Numbered from the stretch's first letter, positions 1 to 14,739 are shown. The stretch: 64,000 nt of DNA from Octopus vulgaris (GCA_951406725.2 OX597843.1:8432001-8496000), one strand, 5' to 3'. The notes: generated by a model not told the origin, from the letters alone. A program made the numbers and translations.

Positions 1-920
<920 letters not shown>

Positions 921-1078
921 CCTTTCTTCTAAAGGCACAGGGCCTGAAATTTGGGGGAAGAAGGCCAGTCGATTACATCGACCCCAGTGCTCAACTGGTA
1001 CTTATTTTATCGGTCCCGAAAGGATGAAAGGCAAAGTCGACCCCGGGGGGAATTTGAACTCCGAACCTAAAGACGAAA
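921..1078 (-). mobile_element. tRNA-derived SINE family B, 5'-truncated, (ATT)n-tail type
   Basis: Reverse complement reads GAGTTCAAATTC (B box)...GTCGACTTTGCCTTTCATCCTTTCGGGACCGATAAAATAAGTACCAG...CCCCAAATTTCAGGCCCTGTGCCTTTAGAAGAAAGG, matching copies at 17380 and 39835. Confidence 0.88.
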
Positions 1079-1092
1079 GAAATAATAATAAT

Positions 1093-1573
1093 AAATGCCC
1101 TGATGCAGTACCAGGCAGTGGCTCTCGTGTCTTCTGATCTTAACTGATTGGAAGTGTTATCATGTACATTGTTTTGTCTTGGTATAAAAGATGGGCTACA
1201 GCAAATATTCTGCTCAATACCACAGATTTGCTTGTCAGTTGTTTGACCTTAACCAGTTGAACGTGTCCCTTGGTGGCTGACGATATGTGCATCTCTGATC
1301 ACGAGCAGAAGTAGTTGGGGAGAATCATAGCCATGTGTTGAGAGGGATTCTTTGGGGTTTGAATAATTCACCTCTGGAAACATGGGTGGTTCGTTTAACA
1401 TCCTTAAACAACCCTTATTCAGGGACCTTTTGAGCGGGATGGGTTACTCGACAAGAAGAAAATTCTAACTGGGCCCCACCTGCAACGTCATGCGCTGTTT
1501 ATCTTGATATGATATTACCATGTCGCGCACATATGGTTGTGATGCATGTGCCTAGTGTACTCTTATCAGACGG
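1093..1573 (+). mobile_element. Unclassified interspersed element beginning in (AAT)n, 3'-truncated; possibly a Dong/R4-type non-autonomous retroelement
   Basis: Complex sequence starting after (AAT)n; its last bases GTGTACTCTTATCAGACGG overlap the reverse complement of 55793-55890. Confidence 0.5.
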
Positions 1574-1682
1574 ATGAGGATGCTGATCACAACACTGACG
1601 ATGACAACGACGACGATTATGATGATGATGACGAAGTCGATGCTGATGATAATGATGACGATGATGATGATGATGATGATGC

Positions 1683-1724
<42 letters not shown>

Positions 1725-2060
1725 CGAAGATGATGACGATGATGATGACGACGACATCGGTGATGATGATGATGATGACAATAACGACGATGATGACGAC
1801 CAAAATCATGATCAAGAAGATGATGGTGATGATGATAATGACGACGATGATGATGATAGCCATCCCGGCGATGACGACCATCTTTATGATGATGACGACG
1901 ACGACGACAATAATGATGATGATGAAGAGGAGGAGGAGGAAGAAGAAGTGGCGGTGGTAGACGATGACAGGCATAAAGAAAAGGGATGATGGCTACAACA
2001 AATCTGAATGTGAGCAGACTTTATAACGAACTCCAGCACCTCACCACCACCCACCACCGA

Positions 2061-2091
<31 letters not shown>

Positions 2092-2150
2092 TACAACAAC
2101 AACAACAACTACTACTACAACTACTACTGCTACTACTGCTACTCGAAGTA
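1574..2150. repeat. (GAT/GAC)n, (CAC/CAA/CTA)n low-complexity tract
   Basis: Directly visible; poly-D and poly-M ORFs are artefacts. Confidence 0.93.
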
Positions 2151-2237
2151 TTGTCGTAATTATTGAAGATAATGACCATAATAAGAATGATTATTATTTC
2201 GCTTGATTAAATTACTGTGGTTGGCCGTAGGATATAT

Positions 2238-2247
2238 AGAAGAAGAA

Positions 2248-2282
<35 letters not shown>

Positions 2283-2310
2283 AGAAGAAGAGGAGGAGGA
2301 AGAAGAAGAA

Positions 2311-2357
<47 letters not shown>

Positions 2358-2430
2358 AGAAGAAGAAGAAGAAGAAGAAGAAGAACGAGGAGGAGGGGAG
2401 GAGGAGGAGGACGACGACGACGAAGGGGGC
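2238..2430. repeat. (GAA)n/(GAG)n microsatellite
   Basis: Directly visible. Confidence 0.95.
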
Positions 2431-2500
2431 GATTAGAAAATTATATATAGGATTTTGTGGCATTCATGCCGCACCGAGTAAGAAATTTTATTCAGAATTG

Positions 2501-2554
<54 letters not shown>

Positions 2555-2705
2555 TTAGGCCTTATGTCTGACATTTTAGCACAGGGTCAGCATATTTTGA
2601 GGGGAGGGGGCCAGCAGGTTACATCGACCCCCAATACTTAGCTGTTAACTTGTTTTATCGATCTCGAAAGTATGGACGGCAAAGCCAACCCGAGTAAAAT
2701 TTCAA
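2555..2705 (-). mobile_element. Degenerate SINE-B copy with (AAT)n tail at 2501-2553
   Basis: TTACATCGACCCCCAATACTTAGCTG...TTTTATCGATCTCGAAAG aligns to the SINE-B body. Confidence 0.65.
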
Positions 2706-2964
2706 TGAAGATCTTAAAAAAATTACTTGGGATTTAGAAAATAAGAAAACTTGCGCAAGGTATCTTATTGACACAATTCCATCCATAAGGTCAGGCTGAC
2801 ATCATTTGTAGGGCAAGATATGTTAAAATTTCGTTGAGAAGAATTCGTGGGGGTCACGTTGAAAAAAATCTTCGATTTAGCGTAGGTGAAAAAACTTACT
2901 GAGAGTTAGTCCACGTACGTGTCATAGCGAACGTGAGAACAATTTACCTATTAACCTATTTACT

Positions 2965-3237
2965 ACTTCCGGTCATTTGACTGCGGTCATTCTGGAGTAT
3001 ACCTTTGAAGAATTTTAATCGAACGAAGAGACTCCAGCTACTTATATTTTTAAGGTTCAAACTGGTGCTTTTTCTATCGGTCTATTAGGTCGAACCGTTA
3101 AGTTACAAGAATGTAAACACACCAACACAGGTACTCAAGTATAGATAAATAGACAGATACACTCACACACGTATACACAAACATATACATATATATATAC
3201 ATATATACATATATACATATATATATATGTGTATATG

Positions 3238-3287
<50 letters not shown>

Positions 3288-3312
3288 CATATATATATAC
3301 ATATACATATAC

Positions 3313-3369
<57 letters not shown>

Positions 3370-3388
3370 TATATACATATACATATAC

Positions 3389-3472
<84 letters not shown>

Positions 3473-3632
3473 ACACGACGGGCTTCATTTACGCCTACCA
3501 AACGTATTTGCAAGGCTTTGGTCGACCCGAGGCTAGAGCAGAAGACACTCGCCCAAGATGCCACGCAGTGAGACTGAACTCGGAACCATACGGTTATGAA
3601 GCCAGCTTCTTACCACGCAGCCACTCCCGTGC
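2965..3632 (-). mobile_element. SINE family A (tRNA head, CORE-like segment, internal microsatellite, (AAGAGT)n-type tail) with an expanded internal (TA)n
   Basis: Tail GTCATTTGACTGCGGTCAT at 2972; head CGACGGGCTTC...CCCAAGATGCCACGCAGTGAGACTGAAC...CAGCCACTCC at 3475-3630. Confidence 0.85.
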
Positions 3633-3854
3633 CTCACTACTGATCTCCCACAAATGAACAGCAAAGATTAGTTGCTAATTGTAACCGATAGTGAATTTAA
3701 CCTTCAACTAATCAAATAAAACCCGGTTTCATGTGGGACACAGCAAGTAAAAGATAAACAAATCCCTTCTCACTGTCAGCGCTTGGCAATTGTCTGGGGA
3801 AGAGAAAGAGGAGTCGGTGTGGGGATTCAGAAAAGGAGCAGAAGGGATTGTAGA

Positions 3855-3929
<75 letters not shown>

Positions 3930-3933
3930 TATA

Positions 3934-3981
<48 letters not shown>

Positions 3982-4293
3982 TATACATATATATATATAT
4001 ACATATATATATTTATACATATATATATATATATATATATACATATATATATACATATATATGTACATATATATATACATATACATATGCATGTGCAAAC
4101 ATTCACTTTTACATGCATGCATATACATATATATATATATATATATACACGCACACACACTTATAAGCCTGCATATAATTATGCATACACACACAGACAC
4201 ACATATATATATATATCTTCACATGTATACGTACGTAAACACACATATACGTGTATATACATCTACACACATATATACATGCATATACACAGT

Positions 4294-4327
<34 letters not shown>

Positions 4328-4354
4328 CATAGTCTCACACACACACGCATACGG

Positions 4355-4385
<31 letters not shown>

Positions 4386-4694
4386 CGTATATACACACGC
4401 ATATATATACATATATACACACGCACGCATATAGAATTTAGCAATAGCGAACGAGGCAATAAGATTGTTGGCCGATTAGGCGGTCATCTATTTATGGCGC
4501 TTGTTTGCTGAGGGGATTGGCGTGTGTATACAGAAGATTTATAGGGGTTTATATGTCTTCTTTTTAGGGCTTCCTCGAAGTGAGAACAGGCAGGGGCCAG
4601 GACCTTTTACGAGGACCTGCCAGGGAAGAAAAAAAATAATCGAGCAAAAGTAAATGGAGGGGGAGTGGGAGGAAAATAACGAGAGTGGAAGAAG

Positions 4695-5080
4695 ATGGAG
4701 GAGGAGGGAGGGAGGAGGAGGAGGAGGGGAAGAAGAAGAAGAAGAAGAAGAAGAAGAAGGAGAAGAAGGAGAATTGGAAGAAGAAGAAGAAGAAGAAGAA
4801 GAAGAAGAAGAAGAAGAAGGAGAAGAAGAAGAATTAGAAGAAGAATTGGAAGAAGAAGAAGAAGAAGAAGAAGAAGAAGAAGAAGAAGAAGAATTAGAAG
4901 AAGAATTGGAAGAAGAAGAAGAAGAAGAAGAAGAAGAAGAAGAAGAAGGAGAAGAAGAAGGAGAAGAAGAAGAAGAAGAAGAATGAGGAGGAGGAGGAAG
5001 AAGAAGAAGAAGAAGAAGAAGAAGAAGAAGAAGAAGAAGAAGAAGAAGAAGAAGAAGAAGAAAGAGAAGAAGAAGAAGTA
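4695..5080. repeat. (GAA)n microsatellite with a higher-order GAATTAGAAGAAGAATTG unit
   Basis: Directly visible. Confidence 0.95.
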
Positions 5081-5379
5081 AAATGTTTCTTTCGCAAAGA
5101 ATATGCAGCAATGGCGACAAAGTTCTTCATACATAAATACTGACAAACAGACAAAAATAGACGAGATGGTCTTAGCTGGATTGTATTTGTTTAGTCTTCT
5201 ATTCAGTCAGATCTGATGTATTCTAAACTAACAAAAACAACTGAGAGATAAAATGAGGTCTCTAAAAATGCTAGAAACCACAGTTAAATCTCCCCTCCCC
5301 AAACACTCCCTCAATGTCTTTAAAAAAATTAATACAGTGAAATGAGATCAGAAAGCGACTAAATTTGATTCTGGTTTCT

Positions 5380-6030
5380 ATTTGGCAAACAAATAGTTCT
5401 TGACAAACATGGCAGCCGCGTTTCTATAAAGAATATCACGTCTGCAGAGAAGGAAATGGAAGGCAAGGGAAGGCGACGTCTATACAGAAAGAAATGGAAG
5501 GGAATTAGTCCTAACTTCACCGATGTTTGGCAAACAAAACACGAGAGAGACAAACAGACAGACAGAGACATAGAGAGAGAGAGAGAGAATATGGCAGCCA
5601 TTATGTTGAGTAAAGTTACAACAGTCAACGAAAAATAACAAGGGCAGCAGACGACAACTGGTATTTAAATTGGTGTCTATATATGGTAAACAAAAATGTG
5701 AGAGAGAGAGAGAGAGAGAATATAGCAGCCATTATGTTGAGTAAAGTTACAACAGTCAACGAAAAATAAAAAGGGCAGCAGACGACAACTGGTATTTAAA
5801 TTGGTGTCTATATATGGTAAACAAAATTGTGAGAGGGTGAGAGAGAGAGAGAGAGAGGTCGATAACTAGAGAATATAGTAGTCATTATGCTGAATAAAGT
5901 CATGTCTAATGGTCATATAAAATCACACATCTCACAACACCGAATGACAAATAAATGAAGGGAAGCAGACGACAGGTTGTGTTTGTGTTGTTTGTTTGGC
6001 AAATCGTTAATATGGCTGCTGTTATTGTAA
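5380..6030 (+). repeat. Old diverged part of a satellite array (motifs TTTGGCAAACAAA and AATATGGCAGCCATT)
   Basis: Motifs recur at about 5407, 5588, 5719, 5872 and 6009; 5580-5840 holds two near-identical ~130-bp units. Confidence 0.7.
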
Positions 6031-6392
6031 GGAAAATCAAGTCTGTAATGTATATATAGCATCATAACATACACATCAATCAGACAGCGGTATATAACTC
6101 ACAACAACTAAAACAAAACGACGCCACACATCACAACATATACCATATAACTCACAATACACACCACCCACTTACAGTATAAATACATCACAACAGCCGC
6201 AACTGAAGTCGATATAACGCGTCACGATACATATCATCCAACTCACAACAAGCAGATCAGTCATACAGCAACGTAAAACTCACAATAGACACATATCAGT
6301 TACAAAGTAAAGTATAAATCACAAAACTCCTAGCTTCACACTACGTGTCGCAAAACGTACCGTACGAAACACAACTTACACAAATTGATATG

Positions 6393-7232
6393 ATATGCAT
6401 AAGATCTGGTCATCAAATCTAAGTAGAGATTTCAAACTTAAAATCTTCAAAGCCACAGTCGAACCAATTCTACTATATGGCTCAGAAACCTGGACGTTAT
6501 CAAAGAAGCTTGAGAGGCGGTTGGATGGAACTTACACTCGCCTCCTTATGAGAGCTCAAAATCTCTCGTGGAAGCGTCATCCAACCAAAGTACAAATATA
6601 CGAAAACTACCACCAGTATCATCTCAGAGCCATAGGTTGCAGGGTTGTTGAGATTTCAAACTTAAAATCTTCAAAGCCACAGTGGAACCAATTCTACTAT
6701 ATGGCTCAGAAACCTGGACGTTATCAAAGAAGCTTGTGAGGCGGTTGGATGGAACCTACACTCGCCTCCTTATGAGAGCTCAAAATCTCTCGTGGAAGCG
6801 TCATCCAACCAAAGTACAAATATATGAAAACTACCACCAGTATCATCTCAGAGCCATAGGTTGCAGGGTTGTTGAGATTTCAAACTTAAAATCTTCAAAG
6901 CCACAGTCGAACCAATTCTACTATATGGCCCAGAAACCTGGATGTTATCAAAGAAGCTTGAGAGGCGGTTGGATGGAACTTACACTCGCCTCCTTATGAA
7001 AGCTCAAAATCTCTCATGGAAGCGTCATCCAACCAAAGTACAAATATATGGGAAGCTACCACCTGTGTCATCTCTTGTGAAAGGTAGAAGAGTCCAGTTT
7101 TCTGGACATTGTTGTAGAGCTGAAAACGAGGCAATTTCTACTCTTCTCCTCTGGAAGCCATCTACTCGCGATACCAGAGGGCGCACACTCTCCTACCCTG
7201 ATGTAATCTTCAGGGATACAGGCATCCAGCAA
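6393..7232 (+). pseudogene. RTE-clade LINE ORF2 C-terminal (post-RT/thumb) fragment, internally triplicated and frameshifted
   Basis: KIWSSNLSRDFKLKIFKATVEPILLYGSETWTL...LSWKRH and RRVQFSGHC...GRTLSYPDVI are typical of RTE-type RT C-termini; 224-bp period (6426, 6650, 6874). Confidence 0.85.
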
Positions 7233-7289
7233 CAGACGAAATACGACTACGCATTTATCCCGGCGTGCTAACGTTTCTGCCATCTCGCC
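7233..7289 (-). mobile_element. SINE-B 5' head fragment
   Basis: Reverse complement GGCGAGATGGCAGAAACGTTAGCACGCCGGGATAAATGCGTAGTCGTATTTCGTCTG matches the head at 39840. Confidence 0.8.
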
Positions 7290-7529
7290 AGGCTAACGCT
7301 ACAGGCACCACCATCACAAGAACACGACTCGCGAAACTTCACTGCTTCACTACACTTAATTTTTCGCTAAAAAGATGAGAGACACACAGATACTATCGCC
7401 ACCATAAGTTGAAGTGAGTCAATTTTGAAATGCAGACGCAATACACATCACACAACAATGCACAACTCACAACGCACAATATAAATGAAAATAAATGACA
7501 GCTAGTCTTCACCAAGAGATAAAAACTGA

Positions 7530-8480
7530 GAGGAACAAACAGACAATATGGCCGACATTAAACTGGATGGAGTCAAGTTTTAAATGCACTGTTGTGTAGT
7601 GTGTGCAGCACAACACAAAAACACTCAACAACACACGAGGAAAAAAATAGGGAAGAAGTTAATAGACGATAACTAGTTTTAACTTCACTAATATTTCGCA
7701 AACAATATGAGAGAGACAAATAGACAATATGGCCGACATTAAACTGGATGGAGTCAAGTTTTAAATGCACTGTTGTGTAGTGTGTGCAGCACAACACAAA
7801 AACACTCAACAACACACGAGGAAAAAAATAGGGAAGAAGTTATACAGACGTCAACTAGTTTAACTTCACTAATATTTCGCAAACAAAATGAGAGACAAAT
7901 AGACAATATGGCCGACATTAAACTGGATGGAGTCAAGTTTTAAATGCACTGTTGTGTAGTGTGTGCAGCACAACACAAAAACACTCAACAACACACGAGG
8001 AAAAAAATAGGGAAGAAGTTAAATAGACGTCAACTAGTCTTAACTTCACTAATATTTCGCAAACAAAATGAGAGACAAATAGACAATATGGCCGACATTA
8101 AACTGGATGGAGTCAAGTTTTAAATGCACTGTTGTGTAGTGTGTGCAGCACAACACAAAAACACTCAACAACACACGAGGAAAAAAAATAGGGAAGAAGT
8201 TAAATAGACGTCAACTAGTTTAACTTCACTTAGATTTGGCAAACAAAGTGAGACAAATAGACAATATGGCGGCCATTAAGCTGAAGAGACTCAAGTCTAT
8301 AATGTGCTGTTGTGTTGTGTGTGCAATGCAACGCACAAAACACATACTGTACAACAACAACTGCTCACAAAAAAAGAAGGTAAACAGAAGGCAACTAGTC
8401 TTAACTTCGCTTCTATTTGGCAAACAAAACGAGACACACATAGACAATATGGCTGCCATTATGCTAGAAAAAAAAGTCAA
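7530..8480 (+). repeat. ~180-bp tandem satellite: four near-identical units plus two diverged ones
   Basis: AATATGGC anchors at 7545, 7726, 7905, 8085, 8263 and 8446 (periods 181, 179, 180, 178, 183). Confidence 0.93.
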
Positions 8481-9000
8481 GCCTACACACAAACAAACAT
8501 ACACACACGTAGACATAACTAAAAAAAAATGACAAAAAAATAAACAACTGCAACGACATAGAAAAGCGAAGGGGAAGATGTGGGGGTGGGGTGGGGGTTT
8601 GTTTTTTAGGGTGGCAGAGTGGGGGGGAAAAACAGGCGTTATTTTACTTAACAATTGCTTTCACCGATCAAAATCGATTACAAAATAAGTCCCCGCTATT
8701 ACTCAGCCGAACTCTTCCCTCCCCAGCCCCACCCCCACGTCTCCCGACATCAATCTCCTCACCAGCCAACGATCCGATTCTTTTTAACCGTTCTAAAACA
8801 CTCTTTTTGTTCAATTGCTGTAACTTGTTGTGACGTAAGCAACTCTTCGTTTATATTTGCAAAACTATTGAATGTGTGTACGTCTGTGTGTGTACGTGTG
8901 TGTGTGTACGTACGAGTATGTATGTATGTATGTATGTATGTATGTATGTATGTATGTATGTATGTACGTACGTATGTATGTATGTATGTATGTATGTATG

Positions 9001-9034
<34 letters not shown>

Positions 9035-9039
9035 TGTAT

Positions 9040-9530
9040 AAGTGTATGTGTGAGAGTATATAGGTGTTTACGTGTCAGAGCCCATGTGTATAGAACTGCA
9101 TTTGTTTTTTGCGTATGTATGTATGTGTGTGTGTGTGTGTACGAGTGTGTATGTATGTATAAATGTATGTGTGTGGGTATATAGTTGTTTACGTGTCAGA
9201 GCCCATGTGTATATAACTACATTTGTGCGTATGTATGTATGTATGTATGTATGTGTGTATCGATAGATATGTATGTGTGTGTGTACGAGTGTGTATGTAT
9301 GTATAAGTGTATTGTGAGGGTATATATAGATGTTTACGTGTCAGAGCCCATGTGTATATAACTACATTTGTTTGTGCGTATGTATGTATGTGTGTATCGA
9401 TAGATATGTATGTGTGTGTGTGTACGAGTGTGTATGTATGTATAAGTGTATGTATAAGTGTAAATAGATGTTTACGTGTCAGAGCCCGTGTGTATATAAC
9501 TACATTTGTATATATATATATGTATGTATG
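9040..9530 (+). repeat. Tandem repeat of about 120-145 bp with microsatellite spacers, four copies
   Basis: TGTTTACGTGTCAGAGCCCATGTGTATA recurs at about 9065, 9186, 9331 and 9469. Confidence 0.88.
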
Positions 9531-9768
9531 CATCGATGGATATGTACGTGTGACGGTTTACAAGCAAGTGTTCAAGTCTTTGCTTATATGTATGTATATA
9601 TGTGTGTATATATATGTGTGTTTATGTGAGTGTATATGTGACTTTATGTATGTTTTTATACAAATACATTTCGACATGCATTTTCAGCCTGATTTAACGT
9701 GTGAACTCATATATATGTGTATATATATATGTGTGTGTATATATATGTGTTTTTTTTTTGTTTGTTTA

Positions 9769-9915
<147 letters not shown>

Positions 9916-9923
9916 TTGCATTC

Positions 9924-9954
<31 letters not shown>

Positions 9955-9980
9955 ATCATATATATGTATATTTTTATACA

Positions 9981-10020
<40 letters not shown>

Positions 10021-10319
10021 TATATATATATATATATGTGTTTGTGCGTATATGTATTTATATGTTTAAGTGTAATTACGTGCGTTCATTGAAAAGGACA
10101 AGTATAATGTGCTCAAGCGACACAGTGGAGTGGGGGAGGGCAATTTAAGTGCGAAAGATAGAAAGTTTAAGAGAGATAGGGAAAGAGAAGGAGAAGGAGA
10201 GAGGGTGAAACATAGAGAGACAAATATAGAGAGAGCAAGGAATGTGCTAAACGTCAGCGAGGGAGAGTTTGAGGAAGAGAAAAGAAGGGGAGATGCAGAG
10301 ACTGATTGATAGAGAGGAA

Positions 10320-10760
<441 letters not shown>

Positions 10761-10973
10761 TGACTAATAACAGAAAAGTAAAGAATGTACTAGGAGAGAG
10801 AGGGAAGTAGGAGAGTTTAACTAAGATAAAAATGGAGATTTGGAGGAAAAAGAGTTGGGGTGAAGGAGAAGGGGAAAGTCAAAAAGAGAGAGAGCGAGAG
10901 AGTGAGAGAGATGGTTTCAGATATATGTAAACTACGAAAAGGTATGAACACACAACATACACATATACACATG

Positions 10974-11026
<53 letters not shown>

Positions 11027-11181
11027 ACGCAGACACACAAACACACGGACATGGACACCGTATCGATAAATCAATAATTACAGCAGTATATAAATAAGAG
11101 TGATGTGATCGATATATACACACACGGACGTACGTACACTCGTATAAACATTCACATACATGCTCATATACATTTATATGC

Positions 11182-11226
<45 letters not shown>

Positions 11227-11401
11227 TATGTGTTTGTGTGTGCCTAATGGCTTTTTTCTCTTTACGTCAAACAGCCTGCTTGTCAAACAAGCTGCGTTCA
11301 TACATCAGAATACACACACACACACATATATATATATATATGTATATGTATATATATATATAAATGTGTGTGTGTGCGTGTATATATGTATATATACGCA
11401 C

Positions 11402-11455
<54 letters not shown>

Positions 11456-11477
11456 GAACACACATACATACACTGAC

Positions 11478-11547
<70 letters not shown>

Positions 11548-11939
11548 GTATATATGCATATATATGTATTTATTTATTGATATATACATGCGGAGACGGC
11601 GACGTCCATACACACGCACGTCTGTGTGTACACACATGAGAGGAAAACATCACTCGATACTTGATGTTAGTGGAGTAGTTTACAATTTATTAGAAGCCGT
11701 GCTTATATCATCCACGGAATCTGTTCGCTGGATTTCTTATCGCCAATCTAAGCAATCTTCGGACGATTGCGGAAAAAAAGCAAAAATTTAAAACAAATTT
11801 AATTATTTTTGTTCTTGTTTCTCCAATGTATACAAAAGAATTCCGATAAAATATCTTGCACTTATTCACTGAGAATTTATTATCGAAAAATATTGTTTCA
11901 AAGATGGAAATCTTTTATTATCGTTCATCTTGTTTTTTT

Positions 11940-12165
11940 TTTTTACTTGCTGGCTTCAAGTCATTGGACTGCGGCCATGCTGGAGCAACGACTTCAAAAG
12001 GTTTTAGTGGGGGGGGGGGGGGTAAAAAAGAAATCGGCCCTAGTACTAAATGTTTTATTTCATTTATTTATTTATTTTGGAACCTGCTACTTATTTTATC
12101 GGTCAGTTTTGCCGAGCTGCTACGTTACGGGGACGTAAACAGGCCAACAGCGGTTGTTAAGACGT
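11940..12165 (-). mobile_element. SINE-A 3' tail half
   Basis: GTCATTGGACTGCGGCCATGCTGGAGCA...GTTACGGGGACGTAAAC...CGGTTGTTAAG. Confidence 0.75.
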
Positions 12166-12222
12166 GAGGGATAAATGCAAAAGCACTTACACAGAGACAT
12201 GCATAATATATACATATATACA

Positions 12223-12295
<73 letters not shown>

Positions 12296-12355
12296 ATATG
12301 TATGTATATATATATATATATGTATATATGTATATATATATATATATCTGTGTGT

Positions 12356-12646
12356 GTGGAGGCGTAATGGCCCTGTGGTTGTAGGATCGTGGTTCCGATT
12401 CCCAGACCGGGCGTTGTGAGTGTTTATTGAGTGAAAACACCTAAAAGCTCCACGAGGCTCCGGCAGGGGGAGGGGGCGATCTCTGCTGTACTCTTTCGCC
12501 ACAACTTTCTCTCACTCTTTCTTCTGTTGGCCTGCTCGCTTAGCCAGCGGGGTGGCGTCATTTGAAGGCTAAAAAACAATGCGAAGCGCATCGTGACCAG
12601 CGATGTGTAGCAACATCTGATAGCCTGGTCGGTCATGGTGATCACA
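12356..12646 (+). mobile_element. SINE family D, tail variant 1 (tRNA-derived head with an internal deletion)
   Basis: GTGGAGGCGTAATGGCCCTGTGGTT (A box), GGTTCCGATTCCC (B box); body GAAAACACCTAA...CTCTTTCGCCACAACTTTCTCTCACTCTTT shared with 49114. Confidence 0.8.
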
Positions 12647-12711
12647 ATGATATATATATATATATATATATATACATGTGTATGTGTACATCTGTCATTT
12701 TCTATCTTCTG

Positions 12712-12875
12712 CATATTTCAGTCATTTGACTGCGGCCATGATAGGGTACTACCTTGAAGAAATGTTAATTAAATTGTACTCAATCAATCGCTTTTTTGCG
12801 AACCGTTAAGTTACGGGGCGATGCAAACGCCCCAACACCGGTTGTGAAGCGTTGACAGAGAACAAATGGACACAG
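12712..12875 (-). mobile_element. SINE-A tail fragment
   Basis: TTTCAGTCATTTGACTGCGGCCATG...GAACCGTTAAGTTACGGGG...CCGGTTGTGAAGCG. Confidence 0.7.
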
Positions 12876-13118
12876 AAAATGTTTTCAAATCATTAGCTAC
12901 GTACGTTTCGCTTTAGCGTAATATGAAATAGGAAATGCATCCATTACGTGAACCTCCTTTAGTTAAAATATTATAAAAATTAAAAATATATATATATATA
13001 TATATATGCATGTATGTATATGTATGCATGTATGTATGTATGTAGGTAGGTAGGTATTTTTGTATGTAGGTAGGTAGATGGGTAGGTAGGTAGGTAGGTA
13101 GGTAGGTATGTAGGTAGG

Positions 13119-13318
13119 TAGCACGCCGGGCGAAACGCTTAGTAGTATTTCGTCTGCCGCCACGTTCTGAGTTCAAATTCCGCCGCGTTCTTCTTTGCCT
13201 TTCATCCTTTCGGGGTCGATAAATTAAGTACCAGTTACGCACTGGGGTCGTAATCCATTTGTCTGTCCTTGTTTGTCCCCTCAATGTTTAGCCCCTTGTG
13301 GGTAGTAAAGAAATAGGT
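13119..13318 (+). mobile_element. SINE-B (GAAATAGG-tail type) embedded in (GGTA)n
   Basis: GAGTTCAAATTCCGCCG...CTTTCATCCTTTCGGGGTCGATAAATTAAGTACCAG...TAGCCCCTTGTGGGTAGTAAAGAAATAGGTA. Confidence 0.88.
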
Positions 13319-14422
13319 AGGTAGGTAGGAAGGTAGGTAGGAAGGTAGGTAGATAGGTAAGTAGGTAGGTAGGTAGGTAGGTAGGTAGGTATGTATGTAT
13401 GTATGTATGTAGGTAGGTAGGTAGGTAGGTAGGTAGGTAGGTAGGTAGGTAGGTAGGTAGGTAAGTAAGTAGGTAGGTAGGTAGGTAGGTAGGTAGGTAG
13501 GTAGGTAGGTAGGTAGGTAGGTAGGTAGGTAAGTAGGTATGCCTTTTGTATTTGAAAGCTGAGGGAAGATTTGGTTACTATGTTTTATCAGGTCTCAGAT
13601 GAGAAGCATCGTAGAAGCTTACACTTCCGTTGTGCCAACCTGATAACTATCCGATGAAGGGAATGGCAGTATACTCTACTTGATCTTTGGTTCTGCAATA
13701 GTGATGTATGCCCCACATGGGGATTCGAACTCGAGATTGGAACCCGACGGAAGAAATGGTTCGCTTTGGAAAGTAACAAAAACCTGCCTTTGTATTTTTG
13801 CCATTGTAGAAAAAGCTTTACTGAATTAAAAAGCCGTACGATGATAAACCGTCCCAGGAGGGGATTTCTGATTCCTCATCCGAAATGAAGAAAAATTACG
13901 AATTTGTTGGCACAAAGACCGATATGCAGTATGCAGTGACCGGTGAGGGGGAGATGGGCACGGATGGAGGAGGGAGAAAGAAAAAGAGATATACGCGGGT
14001 ATAATACAAAGAATATAGATGTGTGCACGTACCACTGTCTATGAAAATAAACGGGTGCCTGTGTGCATGTGTGCGTGCGCATATATATATATATGTATAG
14101 ATATATACGTATAATGATACATATATATATATTAGTATATACATACGTACATGCGCATAGATATATACACATATATATATTATATATGCATACATATATA
14201 CATATAAATATATCTATATATACACATATATAAGCATATATATTCATGCATACATAGATATGTACATATATACACACATATATATATACTTACATATATA
14301 TATATTCATATAAATACATATATGCATATATACATATATATGCATATATATCCATATATACATATATATACATATATATGTCTATATGCATATATACATA
14401 TATATATACTTATGTCTATAAG

Positions 14423-14453
<31 letters not shown>

Positions 14454-14739
14454 TTACATATATATATATACGTATATATATGAACACACCAAGGCAAGAA
14501 GAAAAGAGAAATAAACGGATATACTCGCATACACACATACACACATACACACGCATATATATATATATATGTATGCATGTACGTATGTATGTATACAGAA
14601 ATACCAGACCAGACTATCATTATTAGCAGACAAAACAGAAAAGAGAAGCGGAGTGAATAACGGTGGGGAGGTGAACGTGTATTCAGCGAGAAGTGTGCAT
14701 TGAGAGAAAGAGGCAAGCACAAAACACACAAACACACGC

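Noticed and set aside
1546-1989. Asp-rich biomineralisation-type protein
   Set aside because: (GAT)n decay adjoining a repeat; no signal peptide or splice support, and the ORF starts inside the interspersed element.
7530-8290. CRISPR-like array
   Set aside because: Whole units are repeated with no unique spacers and no cas genes, in a eukaryotic context; the same applies to both 19-bp arrays.
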